Assembly (NCBI GenBank): GCA_023265175.1
Contig: JAHFUI010000003.1
Coordinates: 1-59,725, forward strand
Direction: 5' to 3'
DNA length: 59,725 bases
From: Acidobacteriota bacterium
GTDB taxonomy: Bacteria; Acidobacteriota; Vicinamibacteria; Vicinamibacterales; CAVVIG01
Positions within the stretch are counted from its first letter, which is position 1, and every line of letters starts with the position of its first letter. A program made the translations under genes and the position numbers. A model generated the notes under the pieces. That model saw only the letters and a list, made by a program, of their open reading frames with translations, had not been told where the DNA came from and ran no database searches. Below, piece after piece: positions 11,578 through 20,222 of the stretch.

Positions 11578-12491
11578 ACCATCGCTCCCCCGGGCTGGAG
11601 CGTCGTGACGAAGATCTCTTCCAGGGTGAGCGCTTCGGTGGTCAGCGTTTCGGGCGACCGCAGCCGCAAGCGCTCCATGACGTCCGCCGAGTCGCCGTTG
11701 ACGACGACTTCCACGTCGCGTCCTCGCTGGCGAAACACATGAGCGCCGCCAAGATCGAGCGTCCCCGGTTCATCGGAAAAGTGGGCGTAGATCTTCTGAT
11801 AACGCGCGCGTGCGGCGTCGGCCTCCAGCGTAAGCACCTCGCGTCCGTGCTCGATGATCGTGAACTCGTCGATCAACCCCTCGAACTCTGAGATCAGGTG
11901 GGTCGAGACGAACACCGTCCGGCGCCCCGGGTCGCCGTCCTGGTAGGCGCCGATCACCGTCTGAATGAACTCGCGGCGGACGATGGGATCGAGGCCCGAG
12001 GTCGGTTCGTCGAGTACGAGCAACTCCGGCTCCGGGCAGATGGCCGCGATGAGGGCCAACTGCGTGCGCTGCCCTTTGGACAGATGGCTGGTCTTCTGGC
12101 GAAGATCGAGCCGGAACTGATCGACCAGCGCCGCTTCGGTGCGCTGGTTCCAGCGCTCGCGGAACGACGCGAAGTAGTCGAGCGTGCCGCGCACGGTCAT
12201 CCAGGGATAGAAAGCGACGGCGTCCGGCACGTATGCGAGCCGCGATTTGACGGCGACTTCGTCACGCGCAGGATCCAGGCCGAAGACCTTCACCCGGCCG
12301 CTCGTCGGCCGCAGCAGATTCAACAGACATTTGATCGTCGTCGTCTTGCCGGCGCCGTTGCGGCCGAAGAAGCCGTAGCAGCGTCCCAGTTGCACGCGCA
12401 GGCTGAGGCCGTTCACGGCGTCGGCGCTGCCGAAGCGGCGAACCAGATTGTCGATGTCGATGACGGTGTTTTCGGGATTCATAGGCCTCAT
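11574..12491 (-). CDS. ABC transporter ATP-binding protein (ABC-2/YtrB-like)
   Basis: Walker A GRNGAGKTT, signature LSKGQRTQL, Walker B LLVLDEPTSGLD. Confidence 0.9.
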   Translation of the reverse strand: MRPMNPENTVIDIDNLVRRFGSADAVNGLSLRVQLGRCYGFFGRNGAGKTTTIKCLLNLLRPTSGRVKVFGLDPARDEVAVKSRLAYVPDAVAFYPWMTVRGTLDYFASFRERWNQRTEAALVDQFRLDLRQKTSHLSKGQRTQLALIAAICPEPELLVLDEPTSGLDPIVRREFIQTVIGAYQDGDPGRRTVFVSTHLISEFEGLIDEFTIIEHGREVLTLEADAARARYQKIYAHFSDEPGTLDLGGAHVFRQRGRDVEVVVNGDSADVMERLRLRSPETLTTEALTLEEIFVTTLQPGGAMV

Positions 12492-12892
12492 GACGTCGCG
12501 GCGCGATCGCGCTTGTCCTGGAACGCGTCGAATCGATCTTCCGCCAGGCGCAGAAACTCCGCTTTGCCGACCTGGAGGTGGTGAGCCTGAATCACCGCGG
12601 TATCAATCTCCTGCGCCAACAGCTCGAGACGCACGGCTTTCTTCAAGGGCGAGTTGTTCGCGCTGACGAAGGAGCCTTTGCCGGCGACGGTCTCGATCAC
12701 GCCCTGGCTTTCGAGCTCCGCGTAGGCCTTGGCCACGGTATTGCGGTTGACGCGCAGTTCCTCCGCGAGCGGACGGATGGACGGCAACGGCTCGCCGGCC
12801 TGGATCGACCCCGAGGCGGCGGCGACTTTCACCTGGTCGACCACCTGCAGGTAGACCGGCTTGCCGGATTTGAAGTTCAACTTGAAGCGCAT
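12488..12892 (-). CDS. GntR family transcriptional regulator, YtrA subfamily
   Basis: The winged-helix block LPSIRPLAEELRVNRNTVAKAYAELESQGVIETVAGKGSFV and the short 134-aa size fit. It is the first gene of a GntR-ATPase-permease operon. Confidence 0.85.
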   Translation of the reverse strand: MRFKLNFKSGKPVYLQVVDQVKVAAASGSIQAGEPLPSIRPLAEELRVNRNTVAKAYAELESQGVIETVAGKGSFVSANNSPLKKAVRLELLAQEIDTAVIQAHHLQVGKAEFLRLAEDRFDAFQDKRDRAATS

Positions 12893-12906
12893 CGCCAGCT
12901 CTTACC

Positions 12907-12924
12907 GTCCTATGACAGTAGGAC
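12907..12924. promoter_or_regulatory. 18-bp palindrome GTCCTA-N6-TAGGAC overlapping the -10 box (candidate autoregulatory operator)
   Basis: gtcctatgacagtaggac is a perfect 6+6 inverted repeat placed over the predicted -10 and transcription start site of the GntR gene. Confidence 0.45.
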
Positions 12925-12943
12925 AGTTAGGGCCGTGTGTCAA
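12915..12943 (-). promoter_or_regulatory. sigma70-type promoter of the GntR-ABC operon (TTGACA-17-TACTGT)
   Basis: The minus strand reads TTGACA (12943-12938), a 17-nt spacer, then TACTGT (12920-12915), 22 nt upstream of the ATG at 12892. Confidence 0.55.
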
Positions 12944-12966
12944 GGCTCCCCTATCCGCGCGGCTTT

Positions 12967-13011
12967 GCTCCTAGAAGCGTGTCTGAGTAACCGGAACACG
13001 CTCCTAGTAGG
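12967..13011 (+). repeat. REP/BIME-like hairpin unit A (CCTAGAAGC-stem-loop GAGTAA-stem-GCTCCTAGTAGG)
   Basis: 7-bp stem AGCGTGT/ACACGCT with a 13-nt loop. It is homologous to the inverted unit at 13064-13107. Confidence 0.6.
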
Positions 13012-13063
13012 CCGGCTTCGCCGGCGAAAAAGCCAATGATGGAACGGACGCGCGCGCAGCGCG

Positions 13064-13107
13064 CCTACTAGGAGCCCGTTTCGGCATTACTCGGACGGGC
13101 TCCTAGG
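13064..13107 (-). repeat. REP/BIME-like hairpin unit B (inverted copy of unit A)
   Basis: 9-bp stem GGAGCCCGT/ACGGGCTCC. It shares the same 12-nt tail GCTCCTAGTAGG and the GAGTAA loop core. It overlaps the VWA gene stop codon. Confidence 0.6.
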
Positions 13108-14089
13108 GCTTGGCGGGCTTATAGGGGGCGAAATAGCCTTTGCGGGAACGGATGCGTAAATCTCTGCTGTCTTTCGTCGCGATCTTGATCTCGACCTTTC
13201 GCCAACTGCCGTCGGTCTTCTCGTTGGTCGACAGATACCCAATCGTGTATTGCGCGCGGATCTCGGCCAGGACCTTGTCGTACATCTGCTCGAGCTCCTT
13301 GACCGAGCTCGGGAAAAACGCCTGGCCGCCGGTGGTCTGGGCGATGGTCTGCAGCAACGATCGCGCGCGCTCGCGCGCGGACGAGGACTGATGCTCGAGC
13401 TCACCGATGGCGTAGACGGTCGCGTCGGACGCCTTCAGCAGATCGATCAGCTCGCTCAGCCGCAGCGAGCTGCGCGTATCGCCGCCGTCGGTATAGAGCA
13501 GCATGATCTTGCGGCCGTCCTGCGCCGACGCGCCGTCCAAATAAACGCCGATGGCGTCGTACAGCGCCGTCATGCCGGTCGTCTTCTGCTGACGGATGCG
13601 TTCAATCAGGCGCGCGAACTCGTTCTGACTGTATCGGGCGGCCCGCACTTCCGTGTCGAAATCGACGACCGTGACATCGACCGCATCGAGGAGCGTGTTC
13701 AGGAACTTGATCGCCGCGGTCCTGGTGAATTTGATGTCTTCGCCCATGCTCTCGCTGACGTCGAGCAAGAGGCCGAGGTGCATCTCGGAACCGGCCTGAT
13801 CGTGGCCGTCGCCGGCGGCAAAATAACGGACCGCCTGCTTCTGCCCGTCCTCGTATACCTCGAAATCGCCGGCCGTCAGACCGGTCATCAGCCGGCCTTT
13901 CCTGTCCGTCACCGTGACGCCCACGTTGACCAGGTCGACCGCGGTCCGGAAGACGGGCACCTGCTGTGCCGCCGGCCGCGCGAAGGTCGCGGCGATCAAG
14001 GCGAGCGCACACGCCAGCAGACGGCAGCGGCGATTCACAGCTCTGCACTCTAACACCACCACGGGCAGGCCTGAAGGCCTGCACTGCAA
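13103..14089 (-). CDS. VWA domain-containing protein (TIGR03436 acidobacterial VWFA-related family)
   Basis: FRTAVDLVNVGVTVTDRKGRLMTGLTAGDFEVYEDGQKQAV is followed by a VWA MIDAS-type block LLLDVSESM. The start is more likely GTG 14038 (signal peptide VNRRCRLLACALALIAA) than TTG 14089. Confidence 0.8.
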   Translation of the reverse strand: MQCRPSGLPVVVLECRAVNRRCRLLACALALIAATFARPAAQQVPVFRTAVDLVNVGVTVTDRKGRLMTGLTAGDFEVYEDGQKQAVRYFAAGDGHDQAGSEMHLGLLLDVSESMGEDIKFTRTAAIKFLNTLLDAVDVTVVDFDTEVRAARYSQNEFARLIERIRQQKTTGMTALYDAIGVYLDGASAQDGRKIMLLYTDGGDTRSSLRLSELIDLLKASDATVYAIGELEHQSSSARERARSLLQTIAQTTGGQAFFPSSVKELEQMYDKVLAEIRAQYTIGYLSTNEKTDGSWRKVEIKIATKDSRDLRIRSRKGYFAPYKPAKP

Positions 14090-14140
14090 CTTGCCTGTCG
14101 GTGGTGCAGACCTTTGTCTGCCCGGTAACTCTGCGGGACG

Positions 14141-14146
14141 TATAAT
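14141..14146 (+). promoter_or_regulatory. perfect TATAAT hexamer 18 nt upstream of the DHH gene ATG (possible -10 box, short leader)
   Basis: A perfect tataat sits in a GC-rich divergent intergenic region. No good -35 is present at 17-nt spacing, so confidence is low. Confidence 0.3.
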
Positions 14147-14163
14147 CGTGGGTTGATAATCCG

Positions 14164-15609
14164 ATGCGGTGCCTAGCTGTCTGCCAGGACGAGCTGGTGA
14201 TCGGGATGCTCAACGAGATCCTGCTCCCCGGATTCGAAGTCGAATTCATTGTCGAAGGCCGGCCGGTCGCGAGGCGCCTCCATGACGCCGGCGTCAACGT
14301 GGTGGCTGGCGATCCCCGCCGCGCCGACACCTACGTCAAAGCCGATCTCGGCCCCAGCACCTGCGTCATCATCGAAGACAATGCCCGCCGCAGTCTGAAA
14401 AAGATCCTCGAAGCGGTCCGCGACGCCGGCGGGACGCTCGTGTACGTGCTGGGCATCGGCGCGACCGCGACGGCCAGGCGCGCGGAGGAGCTGCACACCG
14501 ACTTCCCTGACGTCTCGTACCTGGCGATGTCGGAGCTGTTCGGTGGGCCGCTGCTGACCGAGCTCAGTCGATCGCTGACCCGCGCGCGCGTCCAGCAGTA
14601 TCAGCGATATCTCAGCGACGCCGATCGCGTCCTGATCATGCTCCACAACGATCCGGACCCGGACGCGATGGCGAGCGGATTGGCGCTCAGAAACATTCTC
14701 CGCCGCACGAAAGCGACAGCCATCATCGGCACGATCCAGGGCGTCACACGGCCGGAAAACCTTCGGATGGTCAACCTCCTCGACATCCACGTGGAGGCCG
14801 TCACGCCGGAATCGCTCAAGGAGTACGACCGCATCGCGATGGTCGACGTGCAGCCGAACTATTTCGGCGGCCTCATCGACCGCGTGGATCTCGTCATCGA
14901 CCATCATCCCGAACAACCGGGCTACACCGCCATCTTCAAGGACATCCGCGCCGATTACGGGTCGACCTCCACCATCCTCACCGAGCACCTCCGCGCGGTC
15001 GACGTGAACATCTCGGAGCGAACCGCCACCGCGATGCTCTACGCGATCAAGTCCGACACGCTGTTCTTCAGCCGCCACACCAATCGCGTCGACCTCGAGG
15101 CGTTCTCGTACCTCTATCCGCTCGCGGACGCCGCGCTCATCCGGAAGATGGAAGGCGCGGAAATCACCCTCGAGCGCCTGGAATATGTGCTGAAGGCGCA
15201 CCGCGGCGGGACCCTGACCGGGCAGGTGTTCTGCGCCTTCCTCGGTCCTTCTCCCCGGGAGGATTTCATTCCGTACGTGGCCGATTTCTTTCTGCAGGTC
15301 GAGGACGTCAAATGGACGGTCGTCGCCGGCATCGTAAAGGATCTGCTGGTGATCTCAGTCCGCAACCTCGGTTACTCGAAGAACGCCGGTGAGTTCGTGC
15401 GGCGGTTCTTCGCCGACATCGGCAGCGCGGGCGGCCATCGTGCGATGGCCAAGGCGGTCGTGCCCGTCCAACGATTCCGTGACAAGTTCGGCGATCTGGA
15501 GGGCGGCGATGTCACGGCGCGGCTGCACGAGCTCGTGGCGCAATTCCTCCACGACACCAAAGAAGTTAAGAGTCAAAAGTTAGAAGGCAAAAGTGAAGTC
15601 GCCTCATAA
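14164..15609 (+). CDS. DHH family phosphoesterase (NrnA-like DHH/DHHA1) with extra N-terminal Rossmann-like domain
   Basis: Motifs HNDPDPDAMAS, VDVQPN, LVIDHHPE and GSAGGHRAMA (DHHA1 GGH). The last 14 codons lie in the AT-rich terminator repeat. Confidence 0.8.
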   Translation: MRCLAVCQDELVIGMLNEILLPGFEVEFIVEGRPVARRLHDAGVNVVAGDPRRADTYVKADLGPSTCVIIEDNARRSLKKILEAVRDAGGTLVYVLGIGATATARRAEELHTDFPDVSYLAMSELFGGPLLTELSRSLTRARVQQYQRYLSDADRVLIMLHNDPDPDAMASGLALRNILRRTKATAIIGTIQGVTRPENLRMVNLLDIHVEAVTPESLKEYDRIAMVDVQPNYFGGLIDRVDLVIDHHPEQPGYTAIFKDIRADYGSTSTILTEHLRAVDVNISERTATAMLYAIKSDTLFFSRHTNRVDLEAFSYLYPLADAALIRKMEGAEITLERLEYVLKAHRGGTLTGQVFCAFLGPSPREDFIPYVADFFLQVEDVKWTVVAGIVKDLLVISVRNLGYSKNAGEFVRRFFADIGSAGGHRAMAKAVVPVQRFRDKFGDLEGGDVTARLHELVAQFLHDTKEVKSQKLEGKSEVAS

Positions 15610-15642
15610 CTTTCAACTTTTGACTTTTGCCTTTTAACTTTC
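15563..15642. terminator. AT-rich bidirectional hairpin between convergent DHH and patatin-like genes
   Basis: The left arm AAGTTAAGAGTCAAAAGTTAGAAGGCAAAAGTGAAGT pairs with the right arm AACTTTCAACTTTTGACTTTTGCCTTTTAACTT through three 7-bp helices (CAAAAGT/ACTTTTG twice, AAGTTAA/TTAACTT). It contains T-runs and overlaps both stop codons. Confidence 0.6.
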
Positions 15643-17232
15643 TATCTGTCCGACCCGCTCGCCGCTCGCGCCGACGATCGGCTCGATGAACTGGCGGTAC
15701 GCGTCCTCGTAGCCGCGCGCCATCAGCTCCTCGAGCGGCTGCACCCGGTCCGAGCGGTCGTCGAACGCCCCGGCGAAGTCAAACGGCCCGATGGGATTAT
15801 GGGCTGGCCGAATCGGAAAGATGCGCACGGATCTACGAACCGCCGCGCGCGTCGCGTCGCGAACCGCGGCGGCCTCCGCTGACTGAAGGTATTGACCAAA
15901 TCGTCCGCGGCCGTCGAGCCGCGGCGGTGACAGCGCGTGCGGTCCGTGCGCCTCCGGCGCCGCAGACACCAGCAGCACCTGCCCGGCCCCAAGCTGCGTG
16001 ACCTCTTCGATCACGCGCGCCACACTCGCCGGCCTGTCGCACACCCGATGCGTTTCACCACGCCAGAACGCATCCGCGGCAAACCGCACCGCGCCCGGTT
16101 CGCTCGCGACGGGAATGGCCAGGGCCCCGGCGACGATGTCCGGCAGATAGTCGCGCGCGACGCCAGACAAATCGAAGACCTCGGCTCGACGCTCCTCGGC
16201 CTCGGCGAGCGTCGTGCCTGGCCCGCCATGAAGGGCGTGCCCTGCAGTCGACTGTAGGGGACGGTCTTCCGCCTCCGCGTAAAGCTTCGGCGGACCGCCG
16301 TAGTCTTGGCGGAGGCGGTCAGACCGTCCCGCAGCCCGACGGTAGAGATCCCGGCGCCGCGACTCCGGCACCAGTGTGAAGATCAGGTCGCGATGCGCGT
16401 CCAGATCGTGAACCGCCAGGACCAGTTCCCGAAAACCCGGCTGGCCCAGGTTCTCACCGACAAGTTCGATGAACCGCCGACCCAGCTCAATGGGCGTCGG
16501 CTCCTTCAACTGCGCCGCGCCGCGCAGCAGATCCCACATCACGCTCCAACAATAATGCGCCGCTTGCGCCGACGACAGCGGCGGCCGCAGGATGCGCCAC
16601 CACCACGGTCCCCGATGCCGCCGGATGTCGCGACTCGCCGACCCACTCACAAAGGCCATGACACCGACTAGTCCGAGCACGAGCACGACGAGCCGCGGAA
16701 GCCACGTCGGAAGCGCCTCGGCCGCGAACGCGGTCTGTGTGAACCGGGAATACGCGCCGATTAGATTCCCTGCGCCGCCCAATCCCATCATCTTCAACAG
16801 GAAATCAATCGGATACACGACAAGTCCGAGCGCGATCGCGCCAATGGGGATCGCGACGATGGCGATCGACAGGGCCACCGCCCAAGCAAAGATGCGCAGC
16901 ATCGTCCGCCAGGGATAGAGGTTGCGTATCGCGGGTGAGGACCAGAAACCCTTCTCGTCCCACAACCGCTGCGCCCCGTCACAGGCCGCAAATAACGCGC
17001 CCACCACGCCGATGCCGTGACCGGCGACGATGTCAATTTTCACGCCGGCTTCGTGCAACGCACGGAGCACGCCTGCGTGGTACGCACCGGCAGTACCGGT
17101 ACCGGTCAAGACGAGGGCCGTGCGGAGTTGCGGAGAGTACGGTTCGGCGAGCGCGTGCGAGGCAGATTCGGGGTCGCCGGCGCCGAGGTGCTGGCGGGCC
17201 TCCGCGGCTGAAGCCGAAGGCGGGTCCATCAT
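15634..17232 (-). CDS. patatin-like phospholipase family membrane protein with degenerate catalytic motifs
   Basis: An N-terminal patatin block LVLTGTGTAGAYHAGVLRALHEAGVKIDIVAGHGIGVVGALFAA is followed by about four TM helices and a long C-terminal region. Confidence 0.65.
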   Translation of the reverse strand: MMDPPSASAAEARQHLGAGDPESASHALAEPYSPQLRTALVLTGTGTAGAYHAGVLRALHEAGVKIDIVAGHGIGVVGALFAACDGAQRLWDEKGFWSSPAIRNLYPWRTMLRIFAWAVALSIAIVAIPIGAIALGLVVYPIDFLLKMMGLGGAGNLIGAYSRFTQTAFAAEALPTWLPRLVVLVLGLVGVMAFVSGSASRDIRRHRGPWWWRILRPPLSSAQAAHYCWSVMWDLLRGAAQLKEPTPIELGRRFIELVGENLGQPGFRELVLAVHDLDAHRDLIFTLVPESRRRDLYRRAAGRSDRLRQDYGGPPKLYAEAEDRPLQSTAGHALHGGPGTTLAEAEERRAEVFDLSGVARDYLPDIVAGALAIPVASEPGAVRFAADAFWRGETHRVCDRPASVARVIEEVTQLGAGQVLLVSAAPEAHGPHALSPPRLDGRGRFGQYLQSAEAAAVRDATRAAVRRSVRIFPIRPAHNPIGPFDFAGAFDDRSDRVQPLEELMARGYEDAYRQFIEPIVGASGERVGQIES

Positions 17233-17702
17233 CCTTGCGCGACGTCGTGAATGGTGACGAGCTTCACGATCTCGAACTGGCGCGACCCGCCGGGCGTGGC
17301 GACCTTCACCGTATCGCCGGATTCTTTGTTCAGAAACGCGCGGCCAATGGGCGAGGTGGTGGAGATAAGTCCTTTCGCCGCATCGGCGTCCTCCGGCATC
17401 ACGAGCGTGAAGATCAGCAGCTCGCCGGTGCTTTCGACGACGTGGACTTGCGAACCGAACCCGGCCCGGTCCCGGGGAATGCGCTCGACGTTGATCAGCG
17501 CGATCTCGGCGACTCGCTTCTTCAGCATGCTGATGCGGGATTCGACGAGACGCTGCCGCTCCTTCGCCGCCGAATACTCGGCGTTCTCGCGCAGATCGCC
17601 CAGCTCACGCGCGCGCTTGATTTCTTTCGGCAACTCGAGCTTGAGCTCGCGGTCCAGCGCGGCGATCTCGTCTTCGAACTTCTTGATTAAACGATCCTTC
17701 AT
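17229..17702 (-). CDS. greA: transcription elongation factor GreA
   Basis: ELGDLRENAEYSAAKERQ is the GreA signature. The ORF is 157 aa. Confidence 0.95.
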   Translation of the reverse strand: MKDRLIKKFEDEIAALDRELKLELPKEIKRARELGDLRENAEYSAAKERQRLVESRISMLKKRVAEIALINVERIPRDRAGFGSQVHVVESTGELLIFTLVMPEDADAAKGLISTTSPIGRAFLNKESGDTVKVATPGGSRQFEIVKLVTIHDVAQG

Positions 17703-17796
17703 CGTCTCGATGACCCAACGTCACTCGTAAGGAGCGGGCCTGATCGTACCACAGTGTTATCCTTCGGAGGTCTGGGCACGAACGTCCAGCGCTGAG

Positions 17797-17885
17797 TCAC
17801 CACAAAGGACACAATGGGCACCAAGGCTCGGGCCTGTTTCCCGTACACGTTTGAGCCCTTGTGTCCTTCGAGTCCATTGTGGTGA
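17797..17885. promoter_or_regulatory. imperfect hairpin in the greA/trmH-family divergent region built from ..CACAA words
   Basis: TCACCACAA and AGGACACAA (17797-17814) pair with TTGTGTCCT and TTGTGGTGA (17859-17885). Confidence 0.4.
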
Positions 17886-17905
17886 TTCAGCGTTCGTCCC
17901 GGGCG

Positions 17906-18694
17906 ATGCCACCGACAATCACGAGTCGCCAGAACCCGGTCGTGGCCCGCTGCCGAGAGGCCGCCCGCGGCGATGCGCCAGGCGTGTTGTTGCTCGACGG
18001 CGCTCATCTGGTATCCGAAGCGCTTGCGGCCAATATCCGGCTTCAACAGGTCGTCGTCTCGTCCGATGCGCTGGAGAATCCCTACATCCAACCGATCGTC
18101 GATGTGGCCGCCAGACGTGGCGTCGACGTCGTCACCGCCAGCGCGTCCGTGATGGACGCGGTCAGCCCGATGCGTTCGGCAAGCCGGATCGTCGCCATCG
18201 GCGAGCGACCGGTCCACGACGTTTCGCGGATCTACGGCGGCGCCTCGCCGCTCGTCATCATCGCGATTGACGTGCAGGACCCGGGGAACGTCGGCGCCAT
18301 CGTTCGCGTGGCGGAGGCCGGCGGTGCAACCGGTGTGATCGCGGCGGGCGCCAGCGCCAACCCGTTTGGCTGGAAGGCGCTCAGAGGGTCCATGGGCAGC
18401 GCGCTGCGGTTGCCGGTCGGGATCGATTCGCACGCGGACCATGCCGTGGACGACGCCCGCCGGCAGGGCTGCCGGCTGGTCGCGACGGTGCCGCGGGGTG
18501 GGCAATCACATGTCGAGGTTGACCTTCGTGGCCCCCTCGCGGTGCTGGTGGGGGGCGAAGGCGCCGGAATCGCCCATGGTCTCGTCGAGGCCGCGGACGT
18601 GCGCGTCACGATTCCGATGGAAGACCCGGTCGAATCGCTCAACGCCGCGGTCACGGCGGCGCTGCTGGTGTACGAAGCGCGACGGCAACGCTAG
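17906..18694 (+). CDS. TrmH/SpoU family RNA 2'-O-methyltransferase
   Basis: Motifs DVQDPGNVGAIVRVAEAGG, LVGGEGAGI and PMEDPVESLNAAVTAALLVYE. I place the start at ATG 17906, downstream of the leader hairpin. Confidence 0.85.
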   Translation: MPPTITSRQNPVVARCREAARGDAPGVLLLDGAHLVSEALAANIRLQQVVVSSDALENPYIQPIVDVAARRGVDVVTASASVMDAVSPMRSASRIVAIGERPVHDVSRIYGGASPLVIIAIDVQDPGNVGAIVRVAEAGGATGVIAAGASANPFGWKALRGSMGSALRLPVGIDSHADHAVDDARRQGCRLVATVPRGGQSHVEVDLRGPLAVLVGGEGAGIAHGLVEAADVRVTIPMEDPVESLNAAVTAALLVYEARRQR

Positions 18695-18857
18695 GGCTTC
18701 ACGCGCCGAACTCCCCAAGCGCTCGTGGGTGAAAATCAGCCATTGTGGTAGCTTTCGATCTTCCAGACTGTAGAAGAAGAACCTACTAGTAGAGCAGCAT
18801 GAGCTTTGAGCGGTTTCAATCTTTGTTAAGTTACGTGTGCCAAGTTCTGAGCTGAAC

Positions 18858-20198
18858 ATGGAGTCGCTGTTCCCCGATGAAGCGCCGCCTGCACACGCAC
18901 CGCCGGTGCCTCTGGCCGAGCGGATGCGGCCGCGCACCTTCGACGAGTTCGTCGGACAGGAAGAACTGCTGGCGCGAGGCAAACCGCTCCGCGAAGCGAT
19001 CGAGCGCGATCTGCTGCAGTCGATCATCCTGTGGGGACCGCCAGGGACGGGCAAGACCACGCTCGCGCGGATCATCGCGGACACGACGAAAGCACGGTTC
19101 GTGTCGTTCAGCGCCGTCCTCGCCGGCATCAAGGAGATCCGCGACGTGATGGCCGAAGCCGAGCGGCTCCGCCGGTCCACAGGCCGACGGACGATCGTCT
19201 TCATCGACGAAATTCACCGGTTCAACAAAGCCCAGCAGGACGCGTTCCTGCCCCGCGTCGAAGCCGGCGACATCGTGCTCGTGGGCGCGACGACCGAGAA
19301 TCCGTCGTTCGAAGTCAATGCTGCGCTCCTGTCGCGTTCCAAAGTCTTCGTGCTCCGCGGGCTCACCACAGACGAGGTGGCCGCGATTCTGGACCGGGCC
19401 GTGAACGACGCCTCTCGTGGCCTCGCGTCACAATCTCCGGAGGTGGACCCGGAGGCGCTGCGCGCGATCGCGCTGTATGCGAACGGCGACGCCAGGGTCG
19501 CGTTGAACCTGCTGGAGCTGAGCGTCGCCGCCGCTCCATCCATCGACGGGAAACGCCAGGTCGACGCCACGCGCGTCGCGCAGGCGATCCAGCGGCGCGC
19601 GCTCCTCTACGACAAGTCGGGCGAAGAGCACTACAACCTGATCTCCGCGCTGCACAAGTCGATGCGCAACAGCGATCCCGACGCGGCCGTCTACTGGCTC
19701 GCACGGATGGTCGAAGCCGGCGAGGATCCGCTCTACATCGCGCGGCGCCTCGTGCGGTTCGCCTCCGAAGACATCGGCAACGCCGATCCACAGGCGCTCG
19801 CGATCGCCGTCGCGGCCAAGGACGCGGTCCACTTCATCGGCATGCCGGAGGGAAACACCGCGCTCGCGCAGGCCGCGATTTACCTGGCGACCGCGCCAAA
19901 GAGCAACGCGGTCTACGAGGCCTACAACCGCGCAGCAACGGACGCGCACAACGACGTCGCCCAACCGGTGCCGCTGCATCTTCGCAACGCGCCGACCAGG
20001 CTGATGAAGGATCTTGCCTACGGAAAGGGATACCAGTACGCACACGACCAAGCGGACGGCGTCGCCGACATGCCGTGTCTGCCCGACGCGCTCGTGGGAC
20101 ACAAGTACTACGAGCCGACGGAACGCGGGTTCGAGAAAGAGATCAAACGCCGGCTCGATGGCTGGGAAGCGATCAAGAAGAAACGACGCGGCGCGTAG
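18858..20198 (+). CDS. rarA: replication-associated recombination protein A (AAA ATPase)
   Basis: LAERMRPRTFDEFVGQEELL, Walker A GPPGTGKTT and the C-terminal MgsA block YQYAHD. Confidence 0.95.
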   Translation: MESLFPDEAPPAHAPPVPLAERMRPRTFDEFVGQEELLARGKPLREAIERDLLQSIILWGPPGTGKTTLARIIADTTKARFVSFSAVLAGIKEIRDVMAEAERLRRSTGRRTIVFIDEIHRFNKAQQDAFLPRVEAGDIVLVGATTENPSFEVNAALLSRSKVFVLRGLTTDEVAAILDRAVNDASRGLASQSPEVDPEALRAIALYANGDARVALNLLELSVAAAPSIDGKRQVDATRVAQAIQRRALLYDKSGEEHYNLISALHKSMRNSDPDAAVYWLARMVEAGEDPLYIARRLVRFASEDIGNADPQALAIAVAAKDAVHFIGMPEGNTALAQAAIYLATAPKSNAVYEAYNRAATDAHNDVAQPVPLHLRNAPTRLMKDLAYGKGYQYAHDQADGVADMPCLPDALVGHKYYEPTERGFEKEIKRRLDGWEAIKKKRRGA

Positions 20199-20222
20199 GC
20201 CGGCGCGGTGCACATCGCCGTG

